Below are positions 28,091-34,485 of a stretch of 34,485 bases of DNA, piece by piece. The first letter of the stretch is position 1, and each line of letters starts with the position of its first letter. The notes under the pieces were generated by a model. The model was not told where the DNA came from and did no database searches. It saw only the letters and a list, made by a program, of their open reading frames with translations. This DNA is from an uncultured Eubacteriales bacterium (lineage in GTDB: Bacteria > Bacillota > Clostridia > Acetivibrionales > CAYWGM01), in NCBI GenBank assembly GCA_964499315.1, contig CAZCKQ010000001.1, forward strand, positions 1 to 34,485, written 5' to 3'. Made by a program: the position numbers and the translations under genes.

Positions 28091-29849
28091 ACTGCGACAT
28101 ATACAGGTCGTAATAGGCGCCTTTCATCTTCAACAATTCATTATGTGTGCCCTGTTCGACGATCCTTCCTTCGTCGATGTACAATATCCTTGATGAGTTC
28201 TTTATTGTGGAAAGCCTGTGTGCAATGATAAAGGACGTCCGGCCTTTAAGAAGTTTGTTCAATCCTTCCTGCAACGCCCTCTCGGTCTCGGAATCTATGC
28301 TTGACGTCGCCTCGTCAAGTATGAGTATCCGAGGGTCGGCAAGCAATGCCCTCGCAAACGACAACAGCTGCCTCTGTCCCGTAGACAGTCTGGAACCCCG
28401 TTCATTGACCTCCGTCTTGTACTTGTCTTTCAGCCTGTTGATAAAAATATCCGCCATGACCGCCCTGGATGCTGCGATCACTTCTTCATCCGTGGCGTCA
28501 AGCTTGCCGTACCTGATATTGTCCAGTATGGTGCCCGAAAAGATGAATGTGTCCTGCATCATGATACCCATCTGCTTTCGGAGCGAATCAAGCGTGACAT
28601 CTTTTACATCGATGCCGTCGATAAGCACCGCGCCTGAACTGACATCGTAAAAGCGGCTTATAAGATTGACTATAGTCGACTTGCCCGCCCCCGTCGGTCC
28701 GACGAGCGCAATCGTCTCGCCAGGTTCGACCTTGAAGTTGATTTCATGCAGGACCTCCTGCCCGTCTTCATAGTTGAACGAAACATCCCTGAATTCGACC
28801 GCTCCCCTGATGGCAGGCATGATGCCGGCGCCAGGCAGGTTATCCACATCGACTTTCTCGTCGATGGTCTCATAGATTCTTTCAAGGTATGCGATAGCCT
28901 GGATTATTGAATTATAGAAATTTCCGATATTGGATATCGGCGCCCAGAAACGCATGATATACCAGATGAAGGCGATGATGACACCGATTGTAACACCCTC
29001 GGCCAGCAGGGAGATACCGTACACATAAACAAGGCATATACAAATCGTTGAAACATTGCCAAATAACGGTTCGAGCAAAAATTGCAGCTTAACAGCTTTC
29101 ATCCAGGAATCGAAATAATTCCGGTTGAGTTTGCCGAATATCCCCGCATTGACTTCTTCACGCGAGAAAGATTGCGTTATCTTGATACCGCAGATGCTCT
29201 CATGGATATATGCATTCATATTGGACAATTTCCTGCTTACCGACTGCCATGCCTTACGCTGGGCATTCTTGAGAATGAATATCGCCAATATTACAACAGG
29301 CAGACCGGACATACTGACCAGGGCAAGTTTGGTATTGACTACCAGCATAAATACAACGATAAGAATCAATGTAAAGAGATCCGTAAGCAAATTCACTATA
29401 CCGTTTGAAAGCAAATCGCTCAACGAGTTGACATAATTGACCACCCTGACAAGTATTTTACCGTGAGGACGGCTGTCATAATAGGAAAAAGGCAGCTTCT
29501 GCAGGTGTTTGAACAGATCGAGCCGTATATCCAGCAGCACGCTCTGGCCGATCTGGGACATGGTATACATCCTGAAGCGCTGACATAATCCGCTGAATAC
29601 GATACTGGCCGCAAATAACACCGATAGCAGCACCAGGCCTGTTATGTCGGCTGCCGGTATACTTGAATCCAGAGCAATCTTCGCGATAAAAGGCCCTAAA
29701 AGCGCAGAAACGCTGGAAAAAAGCATCAGACAAACGGTGAAGATGACTTTGTTCCGATATGGGCGGATATATCCGAAAAGCCTGTATAAATGCCTTATAT
29801 TGAATTGGCTGTTTAATTCTTCGTCTATATCGTATTTATTCCTGGCCAT
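28053..29849 (-). CDS. ABC exporter half-transporter (TMD-NBD), consensus catalytic subunit with a degenerate signature motif
   Basis: Walker A GPTGAGKST, signature LSTGQRQ (not LSGGQ), Walker B ILILDEATS, H-loop IAHR. Confidence 0.92.
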   Translation of the reverse strand: MARNKYDIDEELNSQFNIRHLYRLFGYIRPYRNKVIFTVCLMLFSSVSALLGPFIAKIALDSSIPAADITGLVLLSVLFAASIVFSGLCQRFRMYTMSQIGQSVLLDIRLDLFKHLQKLPFSYYDSRPHGKILVRVVNYVNSLSDLLSNGIVNLLTDLFTLILIVVFMLVVNTKLALVSMSGLPVVILAIFILKNAQRKAWQSVSRKLSNMNAYIHESICGIKITQSFSREEVNAGIFGKLNRNYFDSWMKAVKLQFLLEPLFGNVSTICICLVYVYGISLLAEGVTIGVIIAFIWYIMRFWAPISNIGNFYNSIIQAIAYLERIYETIDEKVDVDNLPGAGIMPAIRGAVEFRDVSFNYEDGQEVLHEINFKVEPGETIALVGPTGAGKSTIVNLISRFYDVSSGAVLIDGIDVKDVTLDSLRKQMGIMMQDTFIFSGTILDNIRYGKLDATDEEVIAASRAVMADIFINRLKDKYKTEVNERGSRLSTGQRQLLSFARALLADPRILILDEATSSIDSETERALQEGLNKLLKGRTSFIIAHRLSTIKNSSRILYIDEGRIVEQGTHNELLKMKGAYYDLYMSQFTLDDAVPALQT

Positions 29850-29852
29850 ATG

Positions 29853-31616
29853 TCACTCTTCACCGCCCCCGTCGTCAAAATCGCCGGATTGGTTCCTGTA
29901 AACACTGTAATAGTAGCCTCCGGCCGATATCAGTTCTTTATGGGAACCTTCTTCGACAATCCTCCCTCTATCCAGTACATAGATCCTGTCCGCATCCTTT
30001 ACGGAAGATATGCGGTGAGCAATGATGAACGTGGTCCTGCTCCTGATCGTCGTCCCCAGCATAGACTGTATCTTTTTCTCTGTCTCGATGTCGACGCTGG
30101 AGGTAGTATCATCAAGTATTAAAATGGACGGATCTGTGAGAAGCGCCCTCGCAAGCGCGATTCTCTGTTTTTGCCCACCGGAGAGTCCTACGCCGCGTTC
30201 CCCGATTATCGTGTCATATTTTTCACCGAAGCTATCGATAAACTCGCTTGCACCCGCAATACCGGCGGCTTTCCCGATGTCTTCCATCGGCGCGTCAGGC
30301 ACGCCGTAAGCAATGTTGCCTTCGATCGTATCCGAAAAAAGGAAGATATCCTGCATCGCAATGCCGATATTCGAGCGCAGCGTACCCAAGTCATATTCCC
30401 TGACATTGCATCCGTCGATCAGCACTTCGCCTTCGGTGCAATCGTAAAATCTTCCGATGAGGTTCATCAGCGTCGTCTTGCCCGAACCTGTCGGGCCGAT
30501 TAATGCCACCGTCTGTCCGGGATGTACCTTGATGCTGATATTTTCCAGCACTTTCCCGTCACCATAAGTGAATCCGACGTTCCTGAACTCAACGGCGCCG
30601 GATATTTTAACGCCAACGTCGGATTCTGGATCCTTAACCGTACTATTAATCGTGCTCTTAATCGAAGGCTCAGTCGCAAGCAGGCCCATGATCTTATCTG
30701 CGGAAGCCGCAAAACGCTGTATGTCGTTAATGAGCCATCCCGACATACGCATGGGACCGTTCAATGACCAGATATATCCGTTGAACGCTATCAGTCCGCC
30801 GACCGTCAACGAGCCGCCTATCACCATGATGCCGCCTGCAAGTATGACCGTCACCGACAGCATCCCCGCGATAGCTTCGAGTAGCGGTATGTATTTACGC
30901 CATATCCTTGCGGCATTAACATTTTTCATTTTGAATTCGGTATTTTGCTCAGAAAATTTCTCTATTTCATGGTCTTCACGCGCAAAGGCTTTGACTACGC
31001 GATTTCCGCTGATATTCTCCTGCACTACGCTGTTGAGCCGCGAGAATTGCTCCCTTATTTCAGAAAAAGCAGGTTTGACGGTTTTGGCAAACTTTATCGT
31101 ATAGTAAGCGGTGAACGGTATAATCGCCAGCAGGATCAGAGTGAGAGGCACGTTCATTGTCAAAAGCACGACAAGTGAAAACACAAGCAATAACAGGTTT
31201 TCGTAAACCCCATAGATCACAAAGGCCACGAAGTGCCTCACAGCCTCTATATCGCCTGTCATCCTCGCCATTATGTCGCCGGTTCTGGTCCTGTCAAAGA
31301 AGCTGAAATCAAGTGACTGTATCTTATCATAGATGTCTTTCCTTATCCTGAAGACCGTGCTCTGAGAAATAAATTCAAATATCAGCAAATAGGCATATCT
31401 GATGATCGTCCTTATAAACATGCCACCAATCAGTATGGCTATATATAACGGCAAAAGCTCGAGCTTTCCGCCTATTATGCAATTATCCACAAGGACGCCC
31501 GAAACATACGGAAAGACCATCATAAGCGCGCCGCCGGCCAGCACAAGTACGAATCCGATTATCCACCTGGCTTTATGTATCTTCAGATAATCCCAGATCC
31601 ATCTGAAAACTTCCAT
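29853..31616 (-). CDS. ABC exporter half-transporter (TMD-NBD), subunit lacking the catalytic glutamate
   Basis: Walker A GPTGSGKTT, signature LSGGQKQ, Walker B ILILDDTTS (Asp in place of the catalytic Glu), H-loop IAHR. Confidence 0.92.
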   Translation of the reverse strand: MEVFRWIWDYLKIHKARWIIGFVLVLAGGALMMVFPYVSGVLVDNCIIGGKLELLPLYIAILIGGMFIRTIIRYAYLLIFEFISQSTVFRIRKDIYDKIQSLDFSFFDRTRTGDIMARMTGDIEAVRHFVAFVIYGVYENLLLLVFSLVVLLTMNVPLTLILLAIIPFTAYYTIKFAKTVKPAFSEIREQFSRLNSVVQENISGNRVVKAFAREDHEIEKFSEQNTEFKMKNVNAARIWRKYIPLLEAIAGMLSVTVILAGGIMVIGGSLTVGGLIAFNGYIWSLNGPMRMSGWLINDIQRFAASADKIMGLLATEPSIKSTINSTVKDPESDVGVKISGAVEFRNVGFTYGDGKVLENISIKVHPGQTVALIGPTGSGKTTLMNLIGRFYDCTEGEVLIDGCNVREYDLGTLRSNIGIAMQDIFLFSDTIEGNIAYGVPDAPMEDIGKAAGIAGASEFIDSFGEKYDTIIGERGVGLSGGQKQRIALARALLTDPSILILDDTTSSVDIETEKKIQSMLGTTIRSRTTFIIAHRISSVKDADRIYVLDRGRIVEEGSHKELISAGGYYYSVYRNQSGDFDDGGGEE

Positions 31617-31697
31617 CTGTTTTCTTACGTATACCTCATCATATTATAATTGTGCAATTCTTAACATTATAAGCTATAATACCTGAATTGCATATGC

Positions 31698-31713
31698 TTT
31701 TTTCATGAAAAAA
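31698..31713. promoter_or_regulatory. perfect 16-bp palindrome TTTTTTCATGAAAAAA in the divergent ABC / rdgB intergenic region
   Basis: Read directly from the sequence. Whether it is an operator is unknown. Confidence 0.25.
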
Positions 31714-31745
31714 TACTCAATTTTTATTGAAAAATTTTATGCATA

Positions 31746-31774
31746 TTTACATTTCTTATAATCGCGTATATATT
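31746..31774 (+). promoter_or_regulatory. putative sigma-A promoter of rdgB (TTTACA-17-TATATT), leaderless configuration
   Basis: -35 at 31746-31751, a 17-nt spacer, -10 at 31769-31774. ATG 31781 is the 7th nt after the -10 and has no SD. Confidence 0.45.
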
Positions 31775-31780
31775 GGACAC

Positions 31781-32488
31781 ATGAAGTTGATAGCAGCAAC
31801 AAAAAACAAAGGGAAGATTGACGAGATCCGCAGCATCCTCAGCGAAGCGCCCTACGGTACGCGTATCGGTAAACCTGGCGCCGCCGGACTTCAGGTGGTA
31901 TCGGCTAAAGATGCGTGTAACGGCAATTACGCAGGAGTCGTCGAATGCGGTTCAACATACGCCGAGAATGCATTGATCAAGGCCTGGAGCATATTTCGCG
32001 GGATCGGGGCAGCAGAAAGCGCGGCTGTAGAAAGCACGGCTGTAGAAAGCACAGCTGCAGCAGGAGATATTTCGACGGCGATGGTTATAGCCGATGATTC
32101 CGGGCTTGAAGTCGATTATCTGAAAGGATGGCCGGGCATATTTTCGTCACGGTTTGGCGGCGGGAACGCCTCAGATGATGAAAAGGTGCGAAAACTCCTT
32201 AATCTCCTGAAGAATTTACCGGCCGAACGGCGCAAGGCGCGCTTCGTCTGCGCAGTAGCGGCATATCTGCCGGGCGGGTATTATATAACAGCGCAAGCAA
32301 CCTGGAATGGGCTTATCGCATTCGAGCCTAAGGGTGATAATGGTTTCGGGTATGATCCGGTCTTTGTCGATCCGGAGTATGGCATGACCGCCGCGCAATT
32401 ACCGCCGGAGCTGAAGAATTCCATAAGCCACAGAGGTAAGGCTTTGCGGCTGATCCTACACAAAATCCCAGATATATACCTTAAATAA
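31781..32488 (+). CDS. rdgB: non-canonical purine NTP pyrophosphatase (RdgB/HAM1 family) with a low-complexity insertion
   Basis: MKLIAATKNKGKIDE, ADDSGLEVD, FGYDPVF, SHRGKA. The track start 31727 (TTG) adds 18 non-homologous residues. Confidence 0.9.
   Translation: MKLIAATKNKGKIDEIRSILSEAPYGTRIGKPGAAGLQVVSAKDACNGNYAGVVECGSTYAENALIKAWSIFRGIGAAESAAVESTAVESTAAAGDISTAMVIADDSGLEVDYLKGWPGIFSSRFGGGNASDDEKVRKLLNLLKNLPAERRKARFVCAVAAYLPGGYYITAQATWNGLIAFEPKGDNGFGYDPVFVDPEYGMTAAQLPPELKNSISHRGKALRLILHKIPDIYLK
32009..32053 (+). repeat. in-frame 15-bp tandem repeat x3 inside rdgB
   Basis: gcagcagaaagcgcg / gctgtagaaagcacg / gctgtagaaagcaca, encoding AAESA-AVEST-AVEST. Confidence 0.9.
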
Positions 32489-32577
32489 AATCCTGTTCAA
32501 TACCCATCAACTCCGCACCGATTTATTTACATAATCATATTTTAGTAATATGAGATAAATATGAAGAAGTGATTTTT

Positions 32578-33359
32578 ATGCCCGGATACCCTACGGAAAC
32601 AATGCTTTACACGATACAACCATATGATACGTTATGGAACATAGCACAAAGGTTCAATACCACAGTCTATGAAATAATGGCGGCAAATCCCGGAATGACA
32701 CCTAATTTTCTGCGGGTGGGACAGATCATAAGTATACACCCGGGTAACCCGGGTATGGGATGTTACCCGAAAGCCGGGTTCCAATGCCCGGACATGGTTC
32801 AAAGCGCCATGTGCTTCAATCGCCGCCAAGTCGGCCTTATGAACGAAATGCGCAGATTGTGGGTGGAACACGCTATCTGGACCTGGTCCGCAATATTGGG
32901 GATAGTTGAAAGTCTCCCTGAAACTGATGCGATAGTAAACAGGTTGCTGAGAAATCCCACAGATTTTGGGGCGGCTCTCCGGCCTCTCTATGGCGAAGAA
33001 AGGGCCTCCACATTTGCCACTCTGCTAGGGACCACCTCGTAATCGCCGCCGATCTGGTGAAAGCGGCCAAAGCCGGTAACACCAATGCCGCTGCAGAAGC
33101 CGAAAGGAAATGGTATGAAAATGCCGATGACATCGCTGCATTCTTAGGCAGTATAAATCCTTTCTGGTCCGCCGAAGAATGGAGGGAAATGCTGCATGAG
33201 CACCTGAGGCTGGTAAAAGAGCAAGCTGTCCAGTTGCTGGCAAAGAATTACCCGGCAGCTATTGCCGCATTTGACCAGAACGAAGCGCATGTGCTTGCGA
33301 TGGGCGATATGCTGGCCGACGGCATCATGAAGCAGTTCCCGCGGATGTTTGCAGGATAG
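32578..33359 (+). pseudogene. LysM-domain protein, reading frame interrupted by a 1-nt frameshift near 33027
   Basis: N-terminal LysM (YTIQPYDTLWNIAQRFNTTVYEIMAANPG...VGQIISI). ORF 32569-33042 ends ...TFATLLGTTS*. Frame -1 reads ...RDHLVIAADLVKAAKAGN and continues into ORF 33057-33359, so the two ORFs form one protein. The start is ambiguous (GTG 32569, ATG 32578 or ATG 32602). Confidence 0.65.
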
Positions 33360-33571
33360 ACGGGTAGACGACCGGAGAAGAATAATAAAGTTGGACGCAG
33401 CATGAATTTAGCATGAATGTGCATTTTTTTGACTAATGTGTAATATTGCGACCAAAATATGCCCTTGAATGTATTATTATGCAGCAATTATATGGTTTTT
33501 ATAATATTTATTCATTATTTAGCCATAATGGTGCGCATTACTTCAAGAATTGAGCATTCGCGTATACTGAT

Positions 33572-33949
33572 TCATAGCAATACTGCAATGGCATTTTGAA
33601 TTATATAGTAATATACGCCGAACAATCCATAACCGGCAAGAATACCCGTTATGAATCTTCTTAAATTTGTTGACAGGATGATTTTCAAGTATTGAAGAAA
33701 CCAATCTAAGAACATAATGGCTATGAATACTAAGCACAAAATGATATCAGGATTTCCAAAAATAAATGTGTATAATATCATTATTAACTCACCTGTCAGA
33801 ATCCCTATACACCGCGAGCAAACAGGAAGTTGATAGCTGCCGATCGAAAAACTTCTCTCGGGCAACTGATGGCACCCACTATAAAAACCAAGCTTCATAA
33901 GGGCTATCCATATATTAATTTTTAGATCATTATTTAAATTTGTACCCAC
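33572..33949 (-). CDS. DUF2085-like membrane protein
   Basis: CHQLPERSF...PVCSRCIGILTGE motif and 3-4 TM. The start is uncertain (GTG 33949 or ATG 33898). Confidence 0.7.
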   Translation of the reverse strand: MGTNLNNDLKINIWIALMKLGFYSGCHQLPERSFSIGSYQLPVCSRCIGILTGELIMILYTFIFGNPDIILCLVFIAIMFLDWFLQYLKIILSTNLRRFITGILAGYGLFGVYYYIIQNAIAVLL

Positions 33950-34127
33950 AGTCTATGCACATTCTTAATATTTCAGTTTTGGTTTTCCCCATTCCGCATA
34001 GACCGCAAAGCCATCCAAACGGACCAAAGATAAGAGTTCCAAGGCATCCTTTTCCAGCACCAAAACCTTTGCCTTTGACATTTGATACTGCCTGAATGTT
34101 ATTTCCCCCGCATCTTGGGCATGCCAT
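33930..34127 (-). CDS. small zinc-ribbon protein (65 aa) with a central hydrophobic segment
   Basis: CPRCGG...CIDCG pairs flank GCLGTLIFGPFGWLCGLCG. Start ATG 34127 has an AGGGGGAG SD. The track start 34346 runs into the upstream repeat. Confidence 0.6.
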   Translation of the reverse strand: MACPRCGGNNIQAVSNVKGKGFGAGKGCLGTLIFGPFGWLCGLCGMGKTKTEILRMCIDCGYKFK

Positions 34128-34152
34128 ATGTCGATACTCCCCCTTTGCGGGT

Positions 34153-34181
34153 ATTATATAATAAACAATAAGCATAAACAA
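34153..34181 (-). promoter_or_regulatory. putative sigma-A promoter (TTGTTT-17-TATAAT) for the zinc-ribbon / DUF2085 pair
   Basis: On the minus strand, -35 is at 34181-34176, the spacer is 17 nt and -10 is at 34158-34153. Confidence 0.4.
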
Positions 34182-34217
34182 TAGATATTCATGGGATATG
34201 AACAGATTCTCCTGAGT

Positions 34218-34283
34218 CTTACGGTTCCCGATACTTGATATGCTTAAAAATGTGGCGTGCCTGAAGGGATCGCCGTCTGCTTC
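34218..34283 (+). repeat. direct repeat copy 1 (66 nt compared)
   Basis: 64/66 identical to 34420-34485, giving a period of 202 bp. Copy 2 is cut by the window end. Confidence 0.9.
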
Positions 34284-34369
34284 GCTCCGCTCGCATACTC
34301 CCGCCTCGCCTTGACTCGGCACACTCGCCTGAAAAATGCTGCGCATTTTTCTATACGGCTCGTGCCCTC

Positions 34370-34396
34370 GCGGGTTCGAATCCCTTCCCTGCTACC
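34370..34396 (+). other. tRNA-like 3' fragment (T-arm plus acceptor 3' strand), not a complete tRNA
   Basis: gcggg-TTCGAAT-ccctt-ccctgct-a-cc contains the GGTTCGAATCC T-loop signature and ends in discriminator-plus-CC. One T-stem mismatch. No matching 5' acceptor strand upstream. Confidence 0.3.
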
Positions 34397-34419
34397 TGCT
34401 TGCTTGATTCACTTAAATG

Positions 34420-34485
34420 CTTAGGGTTCACGATACTTGATATGCTTAAAAATGTGGCGTGCCTGAAGGGATCGCCGTCTGCTTC
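34420..34485 (+). repeat. direct repeat copy 2 (truncated by the window end)
   Basis: See copy 1. Confidence 0.9.

Noticed and set aside
32561-32572. Three-codon mini-ORF (ATG AAG AAG TGA) upstream of the LysM gene as a leader peptide
   Set aside because: It is too short and has no supporting structure or conservation evidence. It is likely incidental in AT-rich upstream DNA.
34320-34396. Complete tRNA gene
   Set aside because: Only the T-arm and acceptor 3' strand are recognisable. No agcaggg 5' acceptor strand, D-arm or anticodon arm can be placed upstream.
34218-34485. CRISPR array or a relationship to the 21.6-kb repeat family
   Set aside because: A repeat of at least 66 nt with a 202-bp period is far outside CRISPR geometry. 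Similarity to the 21.6-kb element is limited to short motifs such as agacgg, and the hairpin arms do not correspond.

Overview
Chromosomal window from a Firmicute, probably a spore-forming Clostridia-class organism. About 80% is conserved housekeeping sequence in Bacillus/Clostridium-type gene order. The minus strand carries an Orn/Lys/Arg decarboxylase, tmk, darA, holB, ricT(yaaT), a ferredoxin and a yabB-like methyltransferase. The plus strand carries a HAD hydrolase, prfA, a ZIP transporter, sua5/tsaC, an LMW phosphatase, rpiB, a dCMP deaminase, a WecA/TagO-like transferase, mnaA and a complete F1Fo operon atpI-B-E-F-H-A-G-D-C. The accessory part (20.4-26 kb, minus strand) is a compact Gram-positive Tad/Flp-like pilus operon. 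It reads strong promoter, CpaE/TadZ-like ATPase with a pseudo-receiver, CpaF/TadA, TadB, TadC and an Flp-type pilin. A 270-nt ORF-free spacer follows the pilin gene, then a large FHA-domain protein. No prepilin peptidase or minor pilins are visible. The spacer is the most interesting object. It holds a duplicated 78-nt element whose 8 inter-copy differences are either compensatory in two predicted helices or fall in loops. A perfect 12-bp long-range inverted repeat abuts the pilin stop codon. Downstream lie a small ORF, a Spo0E-like gene, a membrane protein, a DagK-family lipid kinase, a heterodimeric ABC exporter with one degenerate ATP site, rdgB with an in-frame 15-bp tandem repeat, a frameshifted LysM gene, and a DUF2085 plus zinc-ribbon pair. 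The window ends in a 202-bp-period repeat carrying a tRNA-like 3' fragment. Several first genes (prfA, rdgB, HAD, possibly atpI) appear leaderless. I found no intact rRNA or tRNA gene, no CRISPR array, no transposase and no recognisable defence system. All calls rest on motif reading by eye; no searches were run.
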